From Botryllus schlosseri (taxonomy: Eukaryota), in the NCBI GenBank assembly GCA_051294905.1, contig CM119371.1, forward strand, positions 34,288,001-34,352,000: a DNA stretch of 64,000 nucleotides, given 5' to 3'. Made by a program: the position numbers and the translations under genes. How positions within the stretch are numbered: position 1 is the stretch's first letter; the number at the start of each line of letters is the position of its first letter. The notes under the pieces are model-generated. The model saw only the letters and a program-made list of their open reading frames with translations, searched no databases and was not told the DNA's origin. Below, in pieces: positions 11,544-25,277 of this stretch.

Positions 11544-12441
11544 ACGTGATTCCATACCAGATCGGTGATCAGTGTAACAGGAAAACTTCTCAACATATAC
11601 TTCATATATGTCTTGCTGAATACTGAGCTGCGTTTTCTGAATGAATTCCATGCCATACCCAGGTACAGAGTATAACTCTGATGTGTATAACCCACTGTGA
11701 ACTGCTATTATAGTATTTCTATTTCTCTTTTGTAATATCGCCAAAGCTTTACCAATATCTCTGCATATATGTGGCTTAAGATAACAGTTGATTTTACACA
11801 AACAAAATTGCGTTTTCTCCGAGACAACTAATAAAACATCATTGTTTACCGGAACTGTAATATTTCTATGCATTCTATTCGAACAATGTGTATTATTTCT
11901 ATCTGTCTACATCAGTAAAACTATCGATTTTAGTCAATCTATTTTCAAACGTTGATTACCCGTGAGCTTTTTTTCACTTGTGGTAAATTTTTACCAGCAG
12001 CTCGTTTTTTGTTACTGATCAAATCTGTATCTCTGCTGACATTTTCTTATTGTCAGATTCTTATTATATGAAGAAATCCTGTGCTATTTTCATTATTATT
12101 ACTTGTGATAGCCATTAATGTTTTACGTGCTTGTTGCAATGGATTTCCAGCGTATACATCTGAGATTTTATAATAAAATGAACCAAACTAATACTTTACG
12201 TAGCATATGTGTGTGGCCTGCGAACAATACAAAATATAAGTCTCGCTTATACCAGGAGCACTTATCAGTAACACGTTTCCGATTACAGTATATCTTAGAG
12301 ATAAAGCTGTAGTAGCCAGGTTGTATTTTGGCGCTTTTCGGCCGAGGATAATACTGTGATAGATATATCTCGTGTATATATATATCTCGATATATCTCGT
12401 GTATATGTAGATATAGGCCTATCTCGTACGTTGATTTAGAC

Positions 12442-13260
12442 CAGGGGCGGGCAACATACGGCCCGCGGGCCGGATCCGGCCCGCGAAGGGATTTTGTCCG
12501 GCCCGCGGACAGTTTTTCGTCTTATATAATAATGCGGCCCGCGGCTACAGTCTGCCAAGATTCCCCGCTACTTGCTTACTACGTCAAATTTTAGTGACTG
12601 TATGGTATTATATACAATACATGTATGCGCATTGCGCAGCGTGCGAGAGTGGAGCTTACGCGTAAGTTCGTCGAAACGGGAAGAGTTGCATTATCTGCAT
12701 TTACGATGTACTCAACCCTAATATCGTTTGTGGTAATCATGGTGTTTGTCGACTACAATGGTCATTTACACCAGGCTGATATTTCTTGTTTTTGATTCCG
12801 TAGCCGGGTCGCGGGCCACTTTTCAAATGTCGTAGAAGCCGCGATCCGCATGAATTCAATATCGAGATAAAATAGGCCACACAGTTGAACAAAGACGCTA
12901 TCACGTCACCTATTCAGCCCTAATGAATTGATATCTCGGTACATTTGGGGTACTGGGCTTATCGAACGCCTTGAAATCTTAATTAGTGATTGCTGCGTGT
13001 GTTGATTGATCAGAGAGAAGCAGACATGGCGGCGCCTGTATGACAATAATGCTGTTCTCAAATTCACATTGTCTTCGTCATTATCGGCGAGAAATGACTT
13101 TGAAGTGACATTGCTGTCGTTAAATACATTCATTAAATGCGATTTACAACTTGTATATGTGGATAAATGGGCGAATAATGCATCGATTCAGCAAACCGGC
13201 CCGTCAAGTACATAATTTTCCTATATCCGGCCCGCCAGCTGGAGAAGTTGCCCGCCCCTG
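12442..13260. mobile_element. hAT (Buster/Charlie-type) MITE containing a SINE fragment (~12725-12803)
   Basis: Perfect 14-bp TIR CAGGGGCGGGCAAC/GTTGCCCGCCCCTG; TSD ATTTAGAC; empty site in the copy 1 flank at ~2514-2521. Confidence 0.93.
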
Positions 13261-14699
13261 ATTTAGACAAAGTACAGATTGCACGAAATATCAGCAAGGT
13301 TAGGATGCTGGGTGTATGCTAAAGTTCGACTGGTACCAGACTTTAGAGGCGATATGAAAATTGCAGATAAACCGATAATTACAGTTCTTTCATGCTATGC
13401 TTCTGTTTCATCGTAAATAAATAAACTTGATACTGAATGTATTTTGAAACTACTTCCAACAATTGAAAATTCGACTTATTCGATAAATAAGTTACATTTA
13501 AATATCGCCACAAAATATCGGTGTATCGGCAATAAATCCTTCCTAGTCGGCGATCCGTATGTGTCGATCGAGGTGTTGTCCCAGTTAAAAACAGGACGGT
13601 AAGTCCCCGAATCTAAGAGTACATTTCAAAGTATGGATTTGTGGATATAGTAACATGCTACACAATATCATACAAAACTTTACCACATGGTGGGTTCAGG
13701 TTAGCATTAGGATTGGGGTCAGGGTTGAGGTTGAGGTTAGAGTTTGTGTTACATGGTCAATGCGATATTCTCAATGGTCGATGTTCATCGTGTCACAAGC
13801 TTCAATGTCGGGCAAGCGAAAGCCTACTTACAGCAGAAGAATTTTAGACTTGTTTCCCATAGTATCGGTAAAGGTGTGTACGCCGTTACGCGATATCATG
13901 TGCTGCGTCTTAATCTAAACTGCTGCTAATACATGGGATTTGAGACGACCGAGCACTTCTTAATTGATGGCGAACGCTATTCGACCCAACGCGATCACTT
14001 GAAGACGATAGCGGTCTTTAGACATATCATTTCGGATCACAAATCTGTTTTCAGATTCACGGATTTTACTACCATCAGTGCCTGAATTTGTTATCCTCAC
14101 CGGCAGACAGTTGTAACGCTAATGAATTTCTTAGACTCTTTAGACCTGGTGTAAAATGCCATAGTAGCCAATAACCAAATATTACAATAGTAACAACAAC
14201 AACACCACGGGATTTGTCAACACGAGATGATTAGCCCTGCTAGCGTCAACACGCGTCAATGCTGTTTTACGCTCGTCACTACGCCACAGTATTGTATTCT
14301 TTACATGGAATCGTATTGTAGGAAACCAAATGTACGCGTTCATATACGCACGTATAACCCGTGGTACGCCCTCGTTATATATACTTACATGGAAGGTGTG
14401 TCATGGGTACGACAGCAAACACGAGAACCAAACAAAGCAACAGCATGTTACGCAGTTGCGGAGAATGTGAATTTCAGTCCAAATATAGGGAAGCCGCTTG
14501 CAACAGACTTGTATATGAAATTCTGCATATATTATTTGGTCATGCTACATATATGTATTGTATAAACAACGTCACCTATTGTGTGTCACAATTTCGCACT
14601 AATCAGGAAATTATATTCACAATCTAAATATGACGTGTTACCTCCAAAGTCGTCTACTTTCTTATCACCCTCGATAAGCGGGTTGCTATTGGTGTATAC

Positions 14700-16013
14700 C
14701 AGTGGCTCCCAAACCTTTTCGACTAATTGTCCCTTTCTCAAGCTCGACACTGATTCCGCCCCAATATTTAAGGATCCAAAAAGAGGACATATATACGAGA
14801 AATTTATTCATCTAACTGTGATCGCTGGTGAATTGACTATAAATAAGGTCATTTTTTCGAGTGGGTGCTCTGAAAACCGGTTTGCGCGTCAACTTTCCGT
14901 TAAGTCAAGACTAGGGCGATTTTTTTACCTAAAAATAACAATTTTGACATTTTTTGATCTTAAAAAGCCTAATTTCGACTTCATGTATGTAAATTAGGTG
15001 TTTTCCCACATAATGTTAGAATACTACTTATCTTCATTTCTGGTTGGAACTGTCTGGCTTTACTTTTCTGGTTGAAACTGTCTGTCCTTACTAAGTAGTT
15101 TGGCCTGAAAAAACCTATTTGACTTAGAAACTGAAATATTTTTACATGAAAAAACTTTATTTTAACGAAATCTGGACCGATGAAGAATTCCAGTAGTTAC
15201 ATCACGCATTATGGTAGAAATAATTAGGATTTGTCGTAGTACAACGAAAGACACTTCCCTACATTCTCGTATAGAAAGTGTCCGTCCTCACTAAGTATAG
15301 CTTGTCAAGAATAGAGAACGAACGTTCAACAGCAGCTGTTGCTGTTGTTGGCTGGCAACACTGAAGTTGTGCGTACACTGCTGGTGACAAACCGTGTTTC
15401 TTCATTCTGACAATGTTGTTTATATCACAATTTTTCATCATGCACTTCTTGATATAGGGACCATTGCCAACGCAGTTTTGCTTCAGTTAGGATATTGCGG
15501 CACGCTCAGCATAACACCATGTCAACCGGGGCTCCGTGTCAACCTATTTGTTTTATCTGGCCGTTTATGGTTCACAATGAGCAGATAATATTCCGTCTAC
15601 AACGGTAGGCCTATAAAGTAGACCAAAAGCTATAAGATGCCGTACGATAAGCTCACCGACAGTGCAAACATTTACGATGCAAACGAAATGCAGGTGGCAA
15701 ATTTTTTTTTTAAATTCGTAAACAATTTTAACAATTTTTTGACCTAATGCTACAATTTTGACAAAATTTTGACTTATTATGACATTTCAAAAAAATCGCC
15801 CTAGTTATGGCCTTTTTTAGTCAACGTTTGTGTCATATGCAGAACAAGCCGTCTTCATGTGTATTTCTTGGCCGTGTTGCTTAAATACATCTCACAGGAC
15901 GGTCTAACATTTTCGCCCCCCATCGCACCCATATCGCCTCCTTTGGTATTTTCGCCGCTTTGATTCTCAAAATCGCCCACTCGGGGCAATATCGCCTACG
16001 TCGAGGACCACTG
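14700..16013 (-). mobile_element. Non-autonomous hAT element with transposase dimerization-domain relic
   Basis: CAGTGG...CCACTG ends; TSD GTGTATAC/GTGTATGC; minus-strand peptide QPTTATAAVERSFSILDKL at ~15300-15360. Confidence 0.8.
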
Positions 16014-16568
16014 GTGTATGCGACTGTTAATTATTATGAATGGTATTAGTGTGGTCGCGTATTCGACATTACTCGATGTAATGAGATGCGTGGGATGGCA
16101 GACAGCCCATTTACACCCGCCTCATTCATAAACTTTACGTTATTTAATGATCGGGACGACAAAAGGTATGAATGCACAATTTACCGACATAAGGGAATAA
16201 TTTCAGTGTTACCTCCTGTATGAATCATTAGAATAGTTTGGATGGGTGATGGTTCGAAAAATATGCACTGTGCGAGTCATGTCGTGACGGTTACCAGATA
16301 ATAAATAGGCCTTAGGTCGATATCTGTAGAATGTGTCATATGTGTAGTTATAGGCGTGTAACACTATGACACCACATATATTTCCCAGGTATGCACAGAC
16401 TGTTTGTGTATTCATTTCTCAAAGTTGACAGTGCATATATATTGCAATTACGACATGCAGTAAAAACCTGGCAATTAATTGAACGCAACTTACCTAGCGT
16501 GAATGTCTTGTTGTGGTCAGATGCCGTACAGTGCAGATAGGCAGCTGTGTATTTCCATCACTTATGAC

Positions 16569-18088
16569 AAGGGCATGGTATGGAATGGTATGGAACGAAA
16601 TTTCGGTAGAGAATATGTAAATGTGCAAGTGTGGTATGGTATGGTATGATATGTTATGGCATGGAAGTTTCCAAGTATGGTATGGAATGTTTTGCCATAC
16701 TTCCTTACTTTTTCCATACTTGATAGTTTTCCCAGAGCCATGACAATGATCCTACTTTGGATTTTTCCAATCGATTGCAAACCTCAGAAGTCGCTCACTG
16801 TATATGTAGTAGAAAAATGATTGTAGTGATGTAAAATTTTATTCTAAGACATATTCTAATGTAGTGGTTTCCAACAGGTAGGAAAGTTATGGGTTACTAT
16901 GATTGGGAATAGTCTCACTTGTAAATAAAATCTTTACCCTAATAACCTCTGTGATTAAACGTCTTTATGAAATGCCGATCGTATCTCTAGTATTTCTTAA
17001 CTCATTTGCAATTCAGCAATTCGTATTATCACTTGACTCCAATTAGCGAGAATCGACTGGACAGCGGCACGTGAACTCGCATATGGGTTGTTATTCGTTC
17101 GTACGCGAAATGGTGTGATTGAAATCACCTAATTCATTATAATAAAGGTTCATATGTGTTTTATATGAATATGTGTATTCACAGGAGATCGCGGACTCCT
17201 TCTTTGACAGCATAGCCGGACTCGTTATAAATGAAATACATATTTCTTTCTTTTCCAGTTATAGTAGCATGCGAAAGTGTAGCTTATGCGGTTTATATCT
17301 ACCATACGCATAAGTTTGTCAACACCAGGAAGTTTATCCGACCCATGCATTATTCGGCATTTTCACATGTAAATTGATGCTACTAAACTACATTTGGTGA
17401 AAGTTCAAACCCTTCCTATTTCCTATTTTTCTGTCGGCTTTTGCATACATTTTACGGAGCGGCAACATTGCGTTTACGGTTACCAGTTCACTGCGCATTA
17501 ATTTTATTGCGTGCTATTTAATTCTGGTGGTCTTAACTTTCGCCAATAGGAACTCTTTACAAAACAAAGTCTTACCAAATTTTATTGAATTTAAATTAAT
17601 GAAGAAAAAAGGTTGGGAACCAATCGTCTGATTTGACACTACATTTGTTTTATGTAATTTTGTACATGATGTAACTGATAGCAATGCGTTACCACACTAG
17701 AATTACATGTCATGAGATTTTGTTCTGATTTCTGAATAAACCCGTGTGTATATATTATATGATTCCGTCTTCGATGATTAGGTAACCTGCATCGCTGACG
17801 ACATATGATATAAAGAAACTATAGGGATATCATTGGTGCAGCTGGGTCGTTCAAATGCATAATTCCATCCAAAGTAATTGTAATATAAACGCCGTAACAT
17901 TTCCACAAATAAAAAATAGAACATCACTCGAGACGTTAGACAAGTTGCGAATGTATGGGAAAAGTATCAAATATGGTATAGAAGAATGTTGCTCTGGTAC
18001 GCAAGATTGTTAAGTATGGTATGGTACGATCGTGGCAGTTATGGAGAATGATAAATTCCTATTCCATTCCATACCATACCATGCGCTG
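16569..18088. mobile_element. Old MITE with ATGGT/ATGGA pentamer subterminal repeats
   Basis: Left AAGGGCATGGTATGG matches the reverse complement of right CCATACCATGCGCTG; TSD degenerate. Confidence 0.6.
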
Positions 18089-18108
18089 GTATGAAGAAAT
18101 TGGTAGGG

Positions 18109-18504
18109 TAGGCTTACCATACGTCCTCCGGACGCCCTTTTGTCCTCTTTTTTGAGATTTTGTCCTCTTTTTTGAAAATTTAGATCAGATTTAGAGCAAA
18201 TTGCGAGTGATATGCCGCAAATTAGCACAGAAGTGACGCTCCGGCGGATATTTTGGAGTGAAAAACGGTGAATTTCGCGCTGAGCGAAAATATGACCTTT
18301 TTTTTTTCTTAGTCATCCACCCGGCAATGTGGAGAGGAAAACGGTATTTTGAGCTCTGAGCAGAAGTGATGACCTTTTTTTTTAGTCAACCGATCACAAA
18401 GTGGGAAAAATTCACCGTTTTTTGAGAGTTCTACTCCGGTTTTGCAAGTAGCAAATTTCTGAAAAAGTGTCCTCTTTTTAGATTTCCAAAATATGGTAAG
18501 CCTA
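18109..18504. mobile_element. hAT-type (Blackjack-like) MITE, copy 2
   Basis: TIR TAGGCTTACCATA/TATGGTAAGCCTA; TSD TGGTAGGG; closely similar to 383-821. Confidence 0.92.
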
Positions 18505-18844
18505 TGGTAGGGCCCTAATGCATTCTGTGGACTCAGTTGTACCCTTACAAGTCAAGGAAAGGCTGGTAAGGTGTGCTCGCTTCTACCGAAGCGCCTATAG
18601 AAAAAGTATCAACAACGCAACTTTTCTGCGACGCGATTGCACTGCACATTGCCATTGCCGCGATGCCAGCTGATCTCACTCTCGCCGCGCAGCTTCATCC
18701 TTGCTCTTGAGCTACTCTTTCATTTCACCAGACAGCATTGTTGCGTCACACTGCCAATCTCCTCAACAATGATTAATTTGGGGCTGATTATGGGGGCTCC
18801 AGGGCCATTAGCGGAATAAATTTTATCTTTTCGCCAGCGTCAGC

Positions 18845-19292
18845 GTCAGAGTATTTGGTTGTATTAAGGTATGTATCGGCCTGGCTGATGCGAAACCCTT
18901 GTGGTACAACCGATACTTCCAATCACTCTCACACCTAGGAAGAGTATGGCCTTTTGGCCTTCATATTCTGACACCGGGATCTGTGTCAGCTCGACTGGCC
19001 AGTATCCCAGGCACAAGTATGGTGGCGGCGGGACAAGCCTCCGCAGACGCCCCCAGCCAACGCCTCCTTGTGCCAACTGTTTGCACCAACAAGTGACGAA
19101 ACTTATTGGTAGAAAAAAGAAGCAAACAGGAAGCAACCTTTTGGGAGCTCTTGGGTACTTTGGACCCAAGAGTGACCTATTAAGGCGCTTCTGGCAATAG
19201 CAACATGATGTAGTGCCATGCGGCTGCCGCAAGCGTAACGGGGTGGAGGTTTACTGCGGTTCCTCCAGGTAACCCCTAAAAAAAAAAAAAAA
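18845..19292 (+). mobile_element. Poly(A)-tailed retroposed insert
   Basis: A15 tail at 19278-19292; flanking direct repeats GCCAGCGTCAGC (18833-18844) and GACAGCGTCAGC (19293-19304). Confidence 0.75.
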
Positions 19293-22017
19293 GACAGCGT
19301 CAGCTTTCGATTGATACCCGGTTCATCAAATTTTATGCTCGGTAAGCCGGTCAAAAATCACCTTCAATTTGCCTTTGATTAAATGTAAAGTATGACGTGA
19401 CCAATTTAATTGAGACGTGAGATTTGCTTGTGTCGACACCATATAGGACACTATGCTTGAATTACCGTGTTCAAATGCGTCATTAGTAACCGGGGGAAGT
19501 ACCGAGAAGCGCTGCTCGGTAATAATACGACGCGCCGGCCGGCATAGTACCGCAAGTACCGGTGACAACGACGTAATGTCAGCAGCTGTTCCATTGAGCA
19601 GCATTCTTACCTATTGCTGTCCCCATTATGCAGCCGCATTGGCTCGTGTGTACACATCACACTGCATGCCGCAGTTACGTAAGCTTTATAAGTAGTCGTC
19701 GGAAGGGGCCGTTTACACTTAAATTCACGTGCCTTGGAGTCGACTTTCATCAAAATACACCAACCAGGGCTCTGTCAACAAAAGGAGTTCGTGCACCTTC
19801 TAAGATAGTACATTGAACGCTTTCTTGTTCGAAATTTCATGCTGGTGACGTCATATTTTGAGATACGATGGTTGATATACAATGTTCTTTCCAATTCTCT
19901 ACCAGTTGCTGACGATTACCCCTGAAAAGTGTCGGCCAAAAGTATTCGGGTTCATTTCAATATGAATATACTATACAATTGTATATGGAAGTTCTGTATT
20001 TCCAAGAAGCTCTTCACAAGTAGTTTTGCACGTAAAAATGCAGACTGGAGTCTGCTTTCTTACAAATGCCGATCAAAATGTCAGACTGAAGGACGTCAGA
20101 GGTCGATGACTTCCAACGACCCTATGTCATGTATGCTTGACATCTAACATCGTGTCGTATTCATAAACCAATGATCAAGCATACAAGCAGTGTTGGGATG
20201 AGTCACGTTTTATAAATTGCTTGACTTGACCCGGCCTCGACATATGACAAAATTGGGATGACACATGTCCCGGACAGGATTTTCGAGGTCATTTTTACTG
20301 CAACAAACACCAATCAATCCTAATTGTTTATCCACCAGATTCCATTCACTTTATGTTTTCGGTATAATTAACTACAACGCAGCCCAAGCATGCTATAAAT
20401 TGACGTATTAATATACCCTTCATTGAAATTATAATATATTTACTACCATGCACAAATTTATTTGATGAGTATCGGTTGTGTGGAAATAATAGAAATTTCG
20501 CGCATTAAATGTATTCCTGTCACACATGTCGGATTCCATATTGGGTCGCTAGATTTTAATCACGATGTACGAACAACGATAGCGCACGGTAGTTTTCGAA
20601 TAACGATATGCTTCACCCACTATTACGAAAGTTCAACTCCAATGGCAATTTCGATGAGTTTGGTATTTGTTAACGAACGGATAATGTTTGATGACGTGAA
20701 ATTGAATCGACATCGCAAGGTGTGAAATAACTTAACCTAACCTGATTCAAGCCGTTTGTATGACTTAACTCGGGACTTGAATAGTAAAGCACATCAACAG
20801 CTTGAATTTGCGTTAGTTCTGTTATCGATGGCGCTCAAGACCGTAAGGTACTGGTGGACTCACAAAATTTTTCAATTTTTTTTTATTGCAGAATCCTAAA
20901 GTATGAAACTAGGTCTTTTCAAAAATGTATTGCTCTTGTCTGATTTCGAATTAGAAGAATGTTAAAATACGATTTGAAACCATCCCTTTTCGTAGAAACT
21001 CACTCCCCCATACAATTTCATTTATTTAAATGTTATACCCACAAGCAAAAACCTCTACACCCTCCAGACATTCGTTCACAGGGGTAGTGCATATGCCTCG
21101 TCTTCGCCCTTTTGAATGTGTGGAAAGCATAATTTGGTACCAAAAGGTGACAATGGCCTGATTTAGACTCATGCAATTACAGTGCATACCTCATCAGAGT
21201 ATTCCTATGTGCAATATTGTATTGCGGTCAAAGTGATAGCTGACAGATGCTCATTAGCAGAGAGTCTCATGAACCGACGTCCAAGGTTTAATTGCGTGAC
21301 CTTCGACCATCCGGTCTGGCGAACTTTATCCTCCCCGGCCGCTATTTATAACGTAGGTGTATACGCGAGCTTCATTTTGTCAGAATATGGTGTCTATAAG
21401 TCCTATTGTAATTTCGTAATAGTGACCCTAATTCCAAAGTACGTGTATGTAATATTGATTGCAACTGGCGTGACAAGCTGCTGCGGTAAAGATCCGTTTC
21501 GTATATATGCGTCATAAATTCTACGTGCCTATATGCAACTGTGCATACGTTCCTACGTTTCTACGTGCAAGCCGAATTTGGATTAAAATGTTGTACTCGA
21601 TTTATACCGCGGTGTAAGTCTGAGGTAGGTTCCGGTTTCGTGTGTCATGGGTGTGTATTCACACTCATATATTAGGGGTGGTATACGGGTGGAAATACAT
21701 ACTATTTTCGCTGAGAGTGTGCTTACATTCCATACATCCTGTTCTACATTCATTACACGCCCGCATGCGAAATTAACCCTTCGCCGATATTGCTAATCTA
21801 AGATACCCGAGTGGTTACAGTTACAGTTACAGCATAGCGTTACACTTTATTATGTAACCGTTATTGTTGATACTGTTGCGGTTGCTTTGCTATTTATGGA
21901 GCTTTGACTGCATTGGTATTTTACACCAAGCCCTCACTTTCTATTCATATCATTCTAGATTTGCCGACATCCAACAATTTCGTTCTAGGCGCTTATAACA
22001 ATACTTATGCAAAAATG

Positions 22018-22100
22018 GTGGAGTCGACCTCGGTCGGACGCGAGCTCACAACCCATTGGTCTTGTAGCTGTGGAACGTATACCACTGCGCTATTTCTCCC
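22018..22100 (-). mobile_element. tRNA-derived SINE head
   Basis: Reverse complement ATAGCGCAGTGGTATA...ACCAATGGGTTG...GTCCGACCGAGGTCGACTCCA matches 37862-37935. Confidence 0.8.
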
Positions 22101-22530
22101 CAATCCTATTCCATGGCTTGTGAAGATTGTCTGAATTATTGCTGTGCACGTCAATCAATATCCTATTAACAATATCAAGCATAGATCTGTTTCTATTAAA
22201 AATCAGAATCTGAATTAGAATCTGAAAGATAATAACTATAGTATTCATTCGTATGCTTCTATTCTGTGCTATCGCGTAATATTTCCTTGCATGTGTGACT
22301 TGATGTGGATGTACCATGTGCGTGACTTCGTGTACCAATGGAAGAAATAAAATAAAATGATCTCTCAAGTGTGAGCCATCTGACCTTGTTTTTTGCATAT
22401 ATTCTCAGTAATGTAAGTTTTTCCGGCTAAGCAAGCACTTTCTGCATGGTTACAACGCAGGCTGCACGGAAGCTGAGGGTCCGATTTCCATTGAACGCGC
22501 TACTATTATTATTACTACTTCTACTCCTAC

Positions 22531-23135
22531 CAGTGATGAGCATCGGAGCGGAGTCAGAGTGTATTCGGACCGGAGTTTTGCCGATTTTGTGACAGTCGGA
22601 GCGGTGTCGGAGTTTACTACAGATATTTTTTCGGAGATTTTCGGACTTTTGTAACTTTTGTCCCCGATATCTTTGGATAGCTCTGACCAGAAGACACTAT
22701 CTATTACCAACAAAAATACAGACTGTTGACACCTTGTAAAGTTGTAATATGACGGGTAACATGCGAAAATGATTGCAAAGTGCATATAAATCAGCCGTCT
22801 GCACTGTTAGAGAGTAGATAATGCTATAAGGCCAACCATATCATTACATTTATTGAGTAAAACATATTACCAAGTGTACCATTCTTGCCACTCTAATGAT
22901 ATGGTTAAAATGGTATGATTGGCCACGAGCTATCTTAACCTAGTGATCTAGCAAGGCATTTTCGTTGAGCAGTGTCTGTAGGCCTAATCTGTAGTGAGTG
23001 TCTGGTGATTCGGATACTTGACGAGATTATTCGGAGTATCTCGGAGTCTAGGATTGAGCTCTAGGGAGTTTTCCTCAGACACTAAAGTTGTCGGAGGGAT
23101 TCGGAGTCTCGAAAAGCACTATCCGCTCATCACTG
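22531..23135 (+). mobile_element. hAT-type MITE with CGGAG/CTCCG repeats, copy A
   Basis: TIR CAGTGATGAGC/GCTCATCACTG; TSD ACTCCTAC; strand is relative to copy B. Confidence 0.92.
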
Positions 23136-24624
23136 ACTCCTACTACTATACTAGAATTGCAAATTTCTCCGATTTCTACCATGACGTAGGGTGGGAATCA
23201 GATTAATGGCACTTTCTGGTACAGAATTTAGCTTTCATGACCTTTAAAAGTGGATGAGAACGGGTAAACAATACCAATTCGTAGGATCACAGTGGTGGAG
23301 TGGGCCCTATTCTCGTGTACCAGCCCACGACATCGCGAAAATCTGGTACACTTAAGTACAACTCATTACACCTCTGAGATATATGTCGATAAGAATGGGT
23401 GTGTTTGACTCGTAAAACTATAACTTTTTACCTGAAAGTGTCGGTGGCTTGATTTGCATCATACACTGTGGCGGAATTCTGGTAAATAAACCCATATTTA
23501 CAGTTCACATGTGTGTTAGTAGCTGGAATATACTAAGCCAGTGCTTTTCAACCTGTGTGACAGTTCGCACTTGTGCGAATGAAAAAAATTGCAGTGCGAA
23601 TGACGAAGGTGGTGCGAACGGTGCGAATGAAAATCCCGGATGAGTGCGAACGACGAAGATGGTGCGAATGGTGTGAATGAAAATCCTTGATGAGTGCGAT
23701 TGAAAATTGCGAATAATATTTGTTAATTTTTCTGACCTGGAATAATTCAAGTAAACCTAATGGGAAATTCAAAGTCAGTGTAACTTTGTTGTTGCGACGC
23801 AATTGTAAAAACTTGTTTAACTTACGACGCACCATTAATCGTAGCTCTCACAAGCCGTAGTGAATTAATATTTTCACACTATAATTATTATGTAATCTAA
23901 ATCCTGGTTTGGAAGCTTGTGTAGTCGCAGAAACACAGCATATCAGCTCGTCTGAGCCTGCGACAGGCTGGAAAAATAACGTCAAATTGACTTTCTGCTT
24001 TCTTTCGCTAAACAATCATCATACTTTCGTAATGACTGGCACGAGGATAGTAGTAAATACCAGCATTAGGCTACAGAGTCACATTTGCAAGTTGCTGTTA
24101 CGGGAATTTTTACCCCTTCAATGGTTATTAAAGTATGGACCGCAACGGGTATAATTTTGGGTCGACACGGTGCCAGAGCTATCTGCTAATATGTATGTAA
24201 TATTTGTTGAATTTATTGCAAAAAATCCTGCGATAGTATTTACAAATCTACGGCCACGGTGTTGGGTAGCCTACTGTAGCCAATAAGCGAGACACGCAGA
24301 AAATATGGCGTTATCATGAGAATTCATGATAAGATTTGTCTGACTGGTTTTTCTGGAAAACATGGTCGAAGACCGTTGGAAAGAACTAGTGTATAAGTGA
24401 CTAGGGGTGTGCAACGAGCTATTTCAGGCCTATGAGACTCATTCATTTCGAGGCCACCCCCTTCTGCGTCGGGTCACATGAGGACGTAAAGTTTTGGCCA
24501 ACAAACCGCTGGTAAAATGCGGTGCCAAAACATAAGCGTCGACAAAGCCTCGGCCAAAACATGTCCGACGCTGGATGGCTAAACCATTCGATATGGATGG
24601 ATAAGGATATGATCCGTTGTTGAC

Positions 24625-25235
24625 CAGTGATGAGCGGATAGTGCTTTTCGAGACTCCGAATCCCTCCGACAACTTTAGTGTCTGAGGAAAACTCCCTCCG
24701 ACTCCGAAGAGCTCAATCCCAGACTCCGAGATACTCCGATGAATCTCGTCAAGTATCCGAAACATAATTAACTACAGACAATGTTCAACGAATGCCTTGC
24801 TAGATCCCTAGATTAAGATAGCTCGTGGCCAATCATACCATTTTAACCATATCATTTGAGTGACAAGCATGATACACTTGATAATGTGTTTTACTAAATA
24901 AATGTGATAATATGGTTGGCCTCAGAGTATTGTCTATTCCCCAGCCCCAATTGCAGTGCAGATGGCTGATTTTTATGCACTTGGCAATCATTTTTGCATG
25001 TTACCCGTAATATTACAACTTTACAAGGTTTCAACTGTCTGTGTTTTGGTTTGTAATCATAATCAATCGTGTATTCTGGTCAGAGCTATCCAAAGATATC
25101 GGAGACAAAAGTTACAATACTTCGAAATTCTCCGAAAAAATATCGGTAGTAAACTCCGACTCCGCTCCGACTGTCACAAAATCGGCAAAACTCCGCTCCG
25201 AATCCACTCCGACTCCGCTCCGATGCTCATCACTG
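24625..25235 (-). mobile_element. hAT-type MITE, copy B (inverted relative to 22531-23135)
   Basis: Same 11-bp TIR; TSD TTGTTGAC; interior is the reverse complement of copy A. Confidence 0.92.
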
Positions 25236-25277
25236 TTGTTGACACGAAATAGTGCAGTTCTTGCAATCCGAGTAGAC

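Noticed and set aside
11391..11873. 160-aa antisense ORF and other ORFs overlapping the E2 genes
   Set aside because: Not preserved in length among paralogues and no recognisable motifs; shadow ORFs
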